Position numbers and translations under genes: made by a program | The notes under the pieces: generated by a model | What the model saw: only the letters and a program-made list of their open reading frames with translations | Database searches by the model: none | Told to the model about the DNA's origin: nothing | Assembly: GCA_039935555.1 (NCBI GenBank) | Contig: JBDTKB010000320.1 | Span: 1 to 41,357, forward strand | Source of the DNA: Ginsengibacter sp. | Lineage (GTDB): Bacteria; Bacteroidota; Bacteroidia; Chitinophagales; Chitinophagaceae | Direction: 5' to 3' | DNA: 41,357 nucleotides | Part shown: positions 8,245-18,400 of the stretch, one piece after another | How positions within the stretch are numbered: the first letter of the stretch is position 1 | Layout: the number at the start of each line of letters is the position of its first letter

Positions 8245-9312
8245 ATGAGTGCACCAGACGCAAATAAAAAAAAATTACCCGGACAGGAACATCCTGAAAA
8301 AAACGAAGACGAAATCACAGCCAGGATTATTAAATTATTGAAAGACCAAATGCTGCGCTTTTATGGTAATCACGAAAAACAAAAAAGGCAAATTCATCCC
8401 AAAATGAATGGCTGTGTAAAGGCTGAATTTATCATTGAAAAAAATTTACCCGTCGATCTTAAAGTAGGGCTATTCAAAGATGATAAATCTTTTCCTGCAT
8501 GGATAAGGTTTTCAAATGGTAATACAAAACCTTTGCCTGATCAAAAAAAAGATATCCGCGGCTTTGCAATTAAAATAATGAATGTATCGGGCGAAAAAAT
8601 TGTTGAATCAACAATTGACGGCGGTAACCAGGACTTCATAATGATGAACACGCAAAATTTTGTTGCTAAGAAACTAAACCACTTCTACAAAATTCTAAAA
8701 GTAGTTACCACACCACTCAAATCTGGAATTTTTTTTGAAAAAATTTTTAATCTTCTGGGTAACATTCCAATTCTAATAAGAGCTGGCAAAGCGAAAATAT
8801 TTTGCAATCATCCATTTGAAATGTTTTACTACAGTACCGTACCTTATAAATTTGGCGTTGATGATAAAGCAGTAAAGTATGCAGTGCTGCCCTCAAAAGA
8901 CAATGAACTTGAGTACACAGATAAAAAAAATAAAGATTTTTTAAGGGCAAATATGGCGGCAACTTTATTGAAGCATCAAATCGTTTACGACTTCTTTATC
9001 CAGTTTCAAACCGATGCTGATAAAATGCCAATAGAAGATCCGACTGTTGTGTGGGATTCGCCATTTATAAAGTTGGCGAGCATTCGCATTCCCACACAGG
9101 TTTTTGATACACCGCAACAAAATGAATTCGGAGATAATCTTTCATTCAATTCATGGCATACACTTCCGGAGCATAAACCGTTAGGAAATTTTAACCGCGC
9201 AAGAAAAAGAATTTATAAAGAAATGTATGAGTTCAGGCATGAACATAATAAAATCATTGATAAAGAACCAGGGGCGGATGCTAATTTTTTTAACGATACA
9301 AACATAAATTAA
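8245..9312 (+). CDS. Catalase-like heme protein (small catalase-related peroxidase / AOS-like family)
   Basis: Distal His in RQIHPK..GCVKAEF, WIRFSNG, DIRGFAIK, distal Asn in QDFIMMN, PIEDP, and proximal R-x3-Y in RARKRIY. 355 aa, lacking the extra domains of tetrameric catalases. Confidence 0.8.
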   Translation: MSAPDANKKKLPGQEHPEKNEDEITARIIKLLKDQMLRFYGNHEKQKRQIHPKMNGCVKAEFIIEKNLPVDLKVGLFKDDKSFPAWIRFSNGNTKPLPDQKKDIRGFAIKIMNVSGEKIVESTIDGGNQDFIMMNTQNFVAKKLNHFYKILKVVTTPLKSGIFFEKIFNLLGNIPILIRAGKAKIFCNHPFEMFYYSTVPYKFGVDDKAVKYAVLPSKDNELEYTDKKNKDFLRANMAATLLKHQIVYDFFIQFQTDADKMPIEDPTVVWDSPFIKLASIRIPTQVFDTPQQNEFGDNLSFNSWHTLPEHKPLGNFNRARKRIYKEMYEFRHEHNKIIDKEPGADANFFNDTNIN

Positions 9313-9708
9313 ATGAATACTAACCAACAAATCATTGAGGGCATGTTTAAAGATTATGCGGCGGGCAACATGTCCGCAGTTATCTCTTGTTTTGATAAGG
9401 ATATTGAATGGGTGAGAGCGGGTGCGCCTGCAATACCATTCTCTGGAAATTTTGTTGGCCTCGAAGCAGTCATAAAAATGTTCGCGATACAAGCCTCAAC
9501 CATTTCCATTAAGACTATTGTTCCTGAAAAAATATGTACCAATGAAGATACAGTTGTAGTGCTTGGCCACGACATTGTAGATGTAGAAGCTACTGGTAAA
9601 ACTTATGCAACCGATTGGGTACAATCGTATACTTTTAAAAATGCAAAAATTATTCACGTACGGGTTTATTTAGATACCAAAGCCATAGCTGATGCCTTTG
9701 TTTCGTAA
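9313..9708 (+). CDS. NTF2/SnoaL-like protein
   Basis: 131 aa with DIEW...IPFSG.F.G..AV, V.V.G, TGK.Y..DWV..YTFKNAKI...RVYLDT. ATG immediately follows the upstream TAA. Confidence 0.8.
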   Translation: MNTNQQIIEGMFKDYAAGNMSAVISCFDKDIEWVRAGAPAIPFSGNFVGLEAVIKMFAIQASTISIKTIVPEKICTNEDTVVVLGHDIVDVEATGKTYATDWVQSYTFKNAKIIHVRVYLDTKAIADAFVS

Positions 9709-9785
9709 TTTATTTTAGCATAGAAAAAGTTTTATAAAAATTATATTATTTTTAAAATGATTATCAATTCGGAAATATTTTAAGT

Positions 9786-10181
9786 ATGGCTGCATATGAG
9801 ATTGAGATTATTCTGAGCAGGCAATTGGCCGATTGCCTTACTGTACCCGTATTTATTATAGATACTGTAGGCAACCTTATATTTTATAATGCCGGTGCTG
9901 AAGATGTTTTGGGAAAAAGATTTGAAGAAACCGGCGAGATGCCTGTCGAGGTATGGTCCGTAATTTTTAAGCCGGTCGATCAGTTTAATATAGAAATGTC
10001 GCCCGATGAACTTCCTCTCGTAAAAACGCTTAAGGATGGTTTACCATATCATAAATCATTTTGGATAAGAAGCCTGTCGGGAGAAAATGAAAAAATTGCA
10101 TTGACATCGTATCCCATTATTAATAGAGAAAATAAATTTTTAGGTGCAGTTGCCATGTTCTGGAAAGTTAAAGAAGAATGA
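9786..10181 (+). CDS. Stand-alone PAS domain protein
   Basis: PVFIIDTVGNLIFYNAGAEDVLG ... SYPII...KFLGAVAMF, a PAS-fold pattern. Confidence 0.75.
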   Translation: MAAYEIEIILSRQLADCLTVPVFIIDTVGNLIFYNAGAEDVLGKRFEETGEMPVEVWSVIFKPVDQFNIEMSPDELPLVKTLKDGLPYHKSFWIRSLSGENEKIALTSYPIINRENKFLGAVAMFWKVKEE

Positions 10182-11011
10182 AAATTAATTTATGGGGCGT
10201 TCGCGGTTCAATACAAACTTCCGGCCCCGCCACAAAAAATTATGGCAGCAGAACATCGTCAGTCCTTGTTTCAGAAGACGATGACTTACTTATTTTAGAC
10301 GCTGGTTCCGGCATCCAGGAATTCAATTCTATTCCACTTACTACCAAAAGAATCGATATTTTATTAACGCATTTACATATGGATCATATCCAGGGATTGG
10401 GTTTTTTTAATCCGTTTTTTAATGACGATCTTGAGGTGCACATTTGGGGGCCTGCCTTTCATGATCAAAGCCTGCGATCACGACTTAGCCGCTATTTATC
10501 GCCTCCGTTATTTCCCGTTCTTCTACGCGACCTTCCCTGCAAATTAACGCTGCATGAAGTCGGAAATAAGTCTTTTAAAATCGGACATTTCAAAATAAAA
10601 TCTAATTACATAATTCATCCTTCGCCCACAATTGGATACCGCGTTACGGGCAACCAATCAACCTTTACTTATATGCCAGACCATGAGCCGGCTTTGGGTA
10701 AAAATGGAATGATCAAAGATCAAAAATGGATATCAGCATTTGATCTTGCTGCCAGCGCAGACCTGTTATACCATGATGGCCAATACAGTTCAAAGGAATA
10801 TGTAAATAAAAAAGGATGGGGCCATTCCAGTATGGATGACGCGTTACTGTTTTCTTCTCTTTGCGAAGTGAAACATCTTTTGATCGCACACCACGATCCT
10901 TATCATTCTGACGATCAACTCAACGAATTGTTCCGGGATTTACAACTAAATAATAAATGCGTTTTTAAGTATGAAATGGCCACGGAAGGAATGGAAGTAG
11001 AATTACCCTGA
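10178..11011 (+). CDS. MBL-fold metallohydrolase (WGVRGS subfamily; putative phosphodiesterase)
   Basis: WGVRGS, LILDAGSG, THLHMDHIQG (HxHxDH), HP..TIGYR, PDHE, HDGQY, WGHS, HHDP. ATGA overlap with the PAS gene. Confidence 0.8.
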   Translation: MKINLWGVRGSIQTSGPATKNYGSRTSSVLVSEDDDLLILDAGSGIQEFNSIPLTTKRIDILLTHLHMDHIQGLGFFNPFFNDDLEVHIWGPAFHDQSLRSRLSRYLSPPLFPVLLRDLPCKLTLHEVGNKSFKIGHFKIKSNYIIHPSPTIGYRVTGNQSTFTYMPDHEPALGKNGMIKDQKWISAFDLAASADLLYHDGQYSSKEYVNKKGWGHSSMDDALLFSSLCEVKHLLIAHHDPYHSDDQLNELFRDLQLNNKCVFKYEMATEGMEVELP

Positions 11012-11316
11012 CGAGTATAGATTATTTTATTTTAATTATGCAATAAATTGATCTTTACACCGGGTACGAAAATTTTTATTGATCCGGTATTTTATGGAAA
11101 TCATTTCCTTAAGTAAACTTTGTTCTTGTTCATTTTATCAAAAAAAATATTGATGGTATTTGATGTATACAATCACATCATTCTTTTGAGATTATTGCTT
11201 CCAATGAAAAGGAAAAAAAATAAGAAAAGTATAGGGAGAAGGCTATTTTATTATTCCTCATTGCAACATTTAAAAACCAGTTTCTGCAATATGTTCTATA
11301 TTCAAGGTACCAAAAT

Positions 11317-13659
11317 ATGAAGAAACTTTTTTGCATATTCTATGCAACACTATCATTTTTATTGCTTCATGCACAACACAAGGTGCAATTTATTGTGAAG
11401 GAAAAAACAGCCATTCACCATGATAGCATTTATATAACCGGCACCTTTAATAACTGGGATTCAACTGGAAATAAAAACTATCTGATGCGTCCTTACGGAG
11501 CAAATGAAAAATCAATAACACTGAATTTAAGTGCCGGGCCTTTAAGATATAAATTTACACGAGGTAGCTGGCTGAGTGTTGAAAAGCAAAATTATGGTGA
11601 TGAAGTTCCTGACCGGGTAACTACCATTACCAGGGACACAATTTTTAAGGATAGTGTAGAACGATGGAGAGACCAGATGTTTATTGATAAATGGTATGCC
11701 CTTGCAGCCCAACCCACTGACACTGAACGGGTAAAAATTCTTTCTTCGCTTGCCGCCTCTTATGCTTTTATTACTGACTATTATAATCTTGATTCGGCGC
11801 TTTATTATGCCCAAACAGCACTACAATTGCAGCAAAAAATAGTAGCATCGGCAGATGCTAAATTGTGGTCGCAAGGTGGTTATTCAACACAGTTAATCAA
11901 TTTGCAGGAAGTGGTTGCCACGCTTATGCATTCTTTAGGAAATTACCCAAAGGCATTAGAGCTTAGGCTAGAGAATCTAAAACTTGCTGAAAAGGATAAA
12001 GATAAATTTACTACGATATGGGCGATCGCAAGTATTACCAACGATTATGCGGCGATGGAAGATTATCCGCATGTATTGAGCTATGGTAGAATACTAGATT
12101 CAATTCTTCATACACTTAATACCGCTGATACAAGGTTTGCCGAAGGAAGATGGGGCTCAGCCAGAATAATTTCAACCGCTTATTATAAACTGGGAAACCT
12201 GGATTCTGCGTTGCCCTATGCAATAAAAATGACAAAAATTAATGGATTAAATTGGCCTGAGGCTCGCCTGGCTAACGCTTACAATTTACTTGCAGACATT
12301 TATTCCGCAATGGGCGAAAGAGAAAAGGCTTTTGCTTATTACAGGTCAGCTTTATCTAAAGGATTTGACTTTTTAGGTGCAAATTCCAATGAAGGTATTG
12401 CCAGGTTATTCAAAAAAGAAGGACGCCTTGATTCAGCGCTGTTCTATGCCAGGCGGGCCCTTGTCTTTTATCAAACACAAAAGCAAACCATACAATCGTG
12501 GGGTGAAAATACCAATACTTATGTAGCGGAAATAAGTCCGTTTATTGCAGAATTATATAAAGATAAGGGTCAATTAGACAGTGCATATAAATACCTGAAT
12601 CTTTCAGTTACCTTAAAAGATAGTTTATATAATATTGATAAAATAAGGCAGTTTCAAACGCTTTCATACAATGAAGCCGGAAGACGGCAACAGTTGGAGC
12701 AGCAAAGTATAGAGGCGAAAAAACAATATGATAATAAAGTAAAAACATATGGCCTAATCACTATAATTGTGGGTGTCCTTATTTTTTCATTTGTTCTTTA
12801 CAGAAACAATAAAAATAAACAAAAGGCTAACGTGCAGTTGCAAACGCAGAAAAAAGAATTGGAAACAACTTTAGGAGAATTAAAAATCACGCAATCTCAA
12901 TTGATACAATCAGAAAAAATGGCTTCGCTTGGAGAACTGACAGCAGGCATCGCTCACGAAATTCAAAACCCATTGAATTTCGTCAATAATTTTTCTGAAG
13001 TAAACACAGAGCTGATTGAAGAAATGAAAAGTGAATTAACTGCGGGGCATTATGAAGACGCAATTGAAATAGGAAATAGCATTTCAGAAAATGAAAAGAA
13101 AATTAATCACCATGGAAAGAGGGCCGATGCAATAGTAAAAGGCATGTTGCAGCATAGCCGCAGCAGCAGCGGAATAAAAGAATCGACCGACATCAATAAC
13201 CTGGCCGATGAATACCTGAGATTGGCCTATCACGGGTTAAGAGCAAAAGACAAGTCTTTCAATGCAAGTATGAAAACAGATTTTGACAAAAATGTTGGAA
13301 AAATAGATGTGATTCCGCAGGACATGGGCAGGGCTATTTTAAATTTAATTACTAATGCATTTTATGCAGTGAGTGAAAAGAAAAAGCAATTAGCAAATGG
13401 CTACGAGCCTACAGTATCGGTAAGAACCAGGAAACTGGATAATATGATAGAACTAACGGTAATGGATAATGGAAATGGCATTCCGCAAAAAGTGGTGGAT
13501 AAAATTTTCCAGCCGTTCTTTACAACAAAGCCTACTGGTGAGGGAACCGGGTTAGGTCTGTCTTTAAGTTATGATATTATTAAGGCTCACGGCGGCCAGA
13601 TAAAGGCAGAAACAAAAGAAAACGAAGGCTCAAAATTCATCATAAATTTGCCGGCATAA
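11317..13659 (+). CDS. Sensor histidine kinase: signal peptide - CBM20/48-like domain - TPR - TM - HisKA - HATPase
   Basis: IYITGTFNNW...YKFTRGSW..VEK (CBM-like); several LDSAL.YA TPR helices; TM GLITIIVGVLIFSFVLY; H-box GIAHEIQNPLN (His 12955-12957); NLITNA, DNGNGI, IFQPFFTTK, GTGLGL. Confidence 0.9.
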   Translation: MKKLFCIFYATLSFLLLHAQHKVQFIVKEKTAIHHDSIYITGTFNNWDSTGNKNYLMRPYGANEKSITLNLSAGPLRYKFTRGSWLSVEKQNYGDEVPDRVTTITRDTIFKDSVERWRDQMFIDKWYALAAQPTDTERVKILSSLAASYAFITDYYNLDSALYYAQTALQLQQKIVASADAKLWSQGGYSTQLINLQEVVATLMHSLGNYPKALELRLENLKLAEKDKDKFTTIWAIASITNDYAAMEDYPHVLSYGRILDSILHTLNTADTRFAEGRWGSARIISTAYYKLGNLDSALPYAIKMTKINGLNWPEARLANAYNLLADIYSAMGEREKAFAYYRSALSKGFDFLGANSNEGIARLFKKEGRLDSALFYARRALVFYQTQKQTIQSWGENTNTYVAEISPFIAELYKDKGQLDSAYKYLNLSVTLKDSLYNIDKIRQFQTLSYNEAGRRQQLEQQSIEAKKQYDNKVKTYGLITIIVGVLIFSFVLYRNNKNKQKANVQLQTQKKELETTLGELKITQSQLIQSEKMASLGELTAGIAHEIQNPLNFVNNFSEVNTELIEEMKSELTAGHYEDAIEIGNSISENEKKINHHGKRADAIVKGMLQHSRSSSGIKESTDINNLADEYLRLAYHGLRAKDKSFNASMKTDFDKNVGKIDVIPQDMGRAILNLITNAFYAVSEKKKQLANGYEPTVSVRTRKLDNMIELTVMDNGNGIPQKVVDKIFQPFFTTKPTGEGTGLGLSLSYDIIKAHGGQIKAETKENEGSKFIINLPA

Positions 13660-13677
13660 AAATAAAAACTATATAAA

Positions 13678-14052
13678 ATGAAAATACTTGTAGTAGACGA
13701 TGAAAGAGACATTCAAACACTCTTTGAGCAAAGGTTTCGAAAAGAGATTAAAGAGAAACTTATGGAATTTGTATTTTCATTTTCAGGCGAAGAAGCAATT
13801 GCATATCTTAACCATCATGAACATGAAGCGGTTTTAATATTATCAGATATTAATATGCCCGGCATGAGCGGCCTCGAATTGCTTGGCCACATTAAGCAAA
13901 AATATTTAAAACCGCCACCGTTAGTAATGATGATAACTGCTTACGGTGATGTAGAAAATTATAACGCTGCCATGAAAATGGGCGCAGACGATTTTCTCAC
14001 GAAGCCGCTGGAGTTCTCAATTTTAAAAGAAAAATTAAAAGCGATATTGTGA
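13678..14052 (+). CDS. Single-domain response regulator (REC)
   Basis: ILVVDDE, LSDINMPGMSG, ITAY, FLTKP. Confidence 0.92.
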   Translation: MKILVVDDERDIQTLFEQRFRKEIKEKLMEFVFSFSGEEAIAYLNHHEHEAVLILSDINMPGMSGLELLGHIKQKYLKPPPLVMMITAYGDVENYNAAMKMGADDFLTKPLEFSILKEKLKAIL

Positions 14053-15092
14053 AGGCAAAAATTTTAGTAGCAGATGACGAGGCGGATCTCGAAGTACTTA
14101 TTAAACAAAAGTTCCGGCAAAAGATCAGGGAACAGCAATATGAATTCATTTTTGCCATAAATGGAAATGATGCATTGCAAAAAATTGAACAAAATCCTGA
14201 CGTGGACATGGTGTTGAGCGACATCAACATGCCTGAAATGGACGGGCTCACCTTGCTCAGTCGTTTAAGTGAATCTAACCCTTTGATTAAATCTGTAATC
14301 ATTTCAGCCTATGGCGATATGGAAAATATCAGGTCCGCAATGAACCGCGGGGCATTTGATTTTATAACCAAGCCCATAAATTTTGAAGATCTTTCTTTAA
14401 CAATGGATAAAACGCTAAAGCATGTTTTGCAAAATCGCGAAACACTCAAAGCCATTAAAGAAAATAACATACTAAAAATGTATGTGGATGAAACTGTACT
14501 TAATTTCATGGGAAGCCGGGAATTCGAGTCTTCTATAATGATAAGCGAAACAATAGAAGCTTCGGTGGCTTTTATTGATATTTGCAGTTTTACTTCCATT
14601 AGCGAAAAGGAGCCGCCCGACTCCGTGGTAAAATTATTGAACAGTTACTTTGATGTGATGGTAAAGCAAATAATTGCACAAGGCGGTTATATAGATAAAT
14701 TTATTGGAGATGCTATCATGGCAGTTTTTCGCGGTGAGTATCATTTAGACCGGGCTATCGATGCATGTCTTGCTGTGCGTGCACAAATAGAAAAATTACC
14801 AGCACTCACGGAGAATTTTACCTTTTCCCCAAAAGTATCTATTGGAATTAATAGCGGTGAAATGATTTCAGGAAATATCGGCTCTGCTACACTACGGCGT
14901 TTAGACTATACAGTTATAGGCGATAATGTGAACGTTGCGCAGCGGTTACAGTCGGCGTCAAAAGAAAACCAGATCATAATAAATGAAAACGCTTATCAAA
15001 AAATAAAAGGATCTTTTCATTGCGTTAAAGTTGGAGAGGTTAATTTGAAAAATAAGGCAACGCCAATGAGTATTTACGAAGTAAAGGATTGA
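14049..15092 (+). CDS. REC-domain class III adenylate/guanylate cyclase
   Basis: GTG start with GTGA overlap. REC motifs ADDE, LSDINMP, TKP. Cyclase motifs FIDICSFT, KFIGDAIMA, IGINSG, DYTVIGDNVNVAQRL. Confidence 0.9.
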   Translation: MKAKILVADDEADLEVLIKQKFRQKIREQQYEFIFAINGNDALQKIEQNPDVDMVLSDINMPEMDGLTLLSRLSESNPLIKSVIISAYGDMENIRSAMNRGAFDFITKPINFEDLSLTMDKTLKHVLQNRETLKAIKENNILKMYVDETVLNFMGSREFESSIMISETIEASVAFIDICSFTSISEKEPPDSVVKLLNSYFDVMVKQIIAQGGYIDKFIGDAIMAVFRGEYHLDRAIDACLAVRAQIEKLPALTENFTFSPKVSIGINSGEMISGNIGSATLRRLDYTVIGDNVNVAQRLQSASKENQIIINENAYQKIKGSFHCVKVGEVNLKNKATPMSIYEVKD

Positions 15093-15431
15093 AAGGGAGT
15101 TTTTAAAGGAATTTATTTACCAAGTATCACTTTTCTTATTTCAAGAGATAACCTAAGGCCCAATATATCCATAAAGAAATCGGTGGTTTTTTCTAACGGG
15201 TTTTAAATCTATAAATTCTATTTTGGCTTTCAGTATCCCCGTTGGAATTAGTTATTATAATAAAAAATCTTAAAAATTACGGTGATTATCCGATGATACC
15301 AGGAATGTAATAAAGTTAATTTAACTTGAAGAAAAAATCTCAGAATAGAACCCAGGCGATCGCCCCCAATCAAACAATATTTTAAAAAAAATTATTAAAC
15401 TTATAATGATTTTTATCCAATCTATTGTGCA

Positions 15432-18400
15432 ATGATAAAAAATATAGAGCATGAAAGTGTTATTCATTATGGTGTTGAATCCCTAATAATAAAAGCAGGC
15501 GCAAATGGATTAAACAAGCCGTCGTGTTTTAAGGTTTTAAAGGATGAATTTCCATCTAAAGAAACTCTTGCCCGCCTCGAAAATGAATTTGAAATCTGCT
15601 CAAAAAATAAATGTTCCTGCGTAAGAAAAGCTTTTAAAAAAGAAAAGCAGGAAGACCACGAAGCTATTATTTTGGAATACATTGAAGGAAAAGATCTTAA
15701 TAAAATTCTTTCTTCAGAAAAACTAACGATTGATGAGCAATTGCAACTGGCTGTAGATATTACAACCGCGCTTGCTGATCTCCACAGAGAAAATATTTTT
15801 CACCGCCGTATTCATCCTTCAAATATTTTGATAGAAGAAGGAACGCAAAAAGTAATTTTTATTGACTTCGGCATCGCTTCCACCGGAGGTGTATTCGAAG
15901 AAGGTTTTGCAACTTTTCAGGACAAAGAAGTGGAGGCATTGAACTACATCGCGCCCGAGCAAACAGGACGTATTAACCGGGCAATCGATAATCGTGCTGA
16001 TTTATATTCGCTTGGCACAATTCTTTACGAGCTTTTTACAGGGCGGCTGCCCTTTGAAAGCGGCGAGGGTTTGGAATTGATTTATGCTCACATAGCAAAG
16101 GCACCTGTTAAGCCCCTTCAATTAAAAGATGATCTGCCGCAAGAGTTGTCAGATATCATAATGAAGCTATTATCAAAAAATGCTGAAGACCGTTATCAAT
16201 CTGCCTTTGGAGTAAAATATGATTTGGAGAAATGCCGTCAGCAATTAATCGAAAATAAAAAAATTGAATCTTTTCCTATTGCCCAAAATGATTTTTCAGG
16301 TAAGCTTTATTTCTCAAATAAATTATATGGCAGGGAAAATGAAATAAATTATTTATACCAGCTTTTCGACAATTGCGCCAACGGTAAAAAAATAACGCTG
16401 TTTGTCTCAGGGTATTCAGGAAGTGGAAAATCTGCGCTTGTGGAAATGCTTAAAGTTCGTGCATCTCAAAAAAAGGGAATTTTTATAAAAGGCAAATTTG
16501 ACCAGATCAGTTCCGATACTCCCTACTCTACGTTTGTACAAGCCTTCAATGAATTGTCACAACTTATTCTTGCGGGTGATAATGCTTACCAGGCTAAATG
16601 GAAGAAAAGAATTATTGAGGCAATTGGAAACTCCGGAAAAATATTAACGCAGTTTATGCCCGGCATAGAGTTTCTGATTGGAAAGCAACCTGATCTTCCC
16701 GAGTTAAAAGGTATTGAGGCACAAAACAGGTTCAATTATGAGTTTATCAGGTTTATAAAAACGATTGCTGACAAAGACTTTCCATTAATAATTTTTGTTG
16801 ACGACCTGCAAAGGGCAGATGATTCCTCCGTAAATCTTTTTAAAATTATTGCCGAAAACCGCGACATACAATATGTGATGCTTATTGGCGGGTATCGCAA
16901 AAATGAAGTGAATGCAAGCAACCCTGTTTCGAAAACCGTGTATGAATTGGAACAGGATCAAATTTCCTTCGAACAATTAGGACTAAGGGATCTTGATTAT
17001 AATGAAGTATATAATCTCGTGTCAGATGCACTGACTACAAAGCAGGACAACATTGGTTTTCTTGCTGATATTATTTATAGCAAAACAAAGGGCAATGCAT
17101 TTTATGTCTGGCAGTTTTTAAAATCAATTTATGAGGAAGGCTTTCTCAAATTTGATTTTGATGAAATGGTATGGCAATGGAATGCAGAACTGATTTTGCA
17201 AATGAATGTGTCAGGTAATGTTGTTGAATTAATGACTTCATTTATATTAAAACTTCCTGAGGAAACACTGGAGATATTGAAAATTGCTTCCACCATTGGC
17301 GGGAGGTTTAGTAAAAGAAATCTTTCGCTGATCAGGCAAGTCAGCGAAAAAAATATTGAAAGTTTATTGAATCTTTCAGTAACTGAAGGTTTAATAATTC
17401 CTTTTGCTACCGAATACAAATTCGCTCACGACAGGATACAACAAGCCATTTATTCTTTGATACCGGATGATGAAAAAATTGCGTTGCATCTATTGAATGG
17501 CCGGCGATTGTCAGCTCATTTCAGCGAAGCAGAACTTGAAGAAAAATTATTTGAACTGGTAAACCAGTGGAACCTTGGCGCAGATAAGATTACCGACAAA
17601 AAAGATAAAATTTACCTTGCAAATTTAAATTTGGTAGCCGGCCAAAAAGCGGTTGCTTCTACAGCTTTCCCGCAGGCTTTACAATATTTTGAAAAAGGCC
17701 TAAATGTAATAGACAATAAAGATTGGGATGAACATTATGGTTTTATTGTACAACTTACTACCAGTGCGGCTGAAGCTGCCTATCTATCCGGGCAATATGA
17801 AAAGGTTGATAAATTATTAGAAAGCCTTCTAAAAAATAGCACATCCTTAATAGATTCTGCGCAGGGTTATGAAATAAATATCAAGAAACTTATTGCACAA
17901 AATCAGCCGCTGGAAGCTGTAAAACTTGGCTTGAGTATTTTAAAAAAGATGGGCATTAATCTTCCATTGCATCCAACCAAATTGCAAGTAATGAAAGATA
18001 TGTTGCAAACAAAATTTTTGTTACGGAATAAGTCCATGGATTATTTCAATAGCTTGCCTGAAATGGAAGATGCTGAAAAAAACGCTGCAATGCGGATTCT
18101 TTCTGACATATCTTCTGCCTCCTACTTCGCGGTTCCCAGCCTTGTTTCTTTGTTGGTATTTAAAATGGTTAGTCTTACCGTTAAAAATGGCCTGTCAAGA
18201 AAATCGCCTTTCAGCTTTGCGGCATACGGCTATTTGCTAAGTGTTTATTTAAATGAAATTGATAAGGGAATAACCTTTGGAGAAATAGCATTGCAACTTT
18301 CAAAAAAAATTCATGCAGATGAATTGACAGGCTCAATATTAGTAACCAATAATATTTTTCTTACACATTGGAGAAAGCCGCTTAAAGATTCCGTTCATGA

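Noticed and set aside
11120-11320. 66-aa ORF upstream of the histidine kinase
   Set aside because: TTG start, AT-rich and no protein-like features; more likely promoter region.
15355-15364. Palindrome GGCGATCGCC (HIP1-like GCGATCGC, also at 12022-12029)
   Set aside because: Only two copies noticed; insufficient to suggest a cyanobacterial origin or a function.
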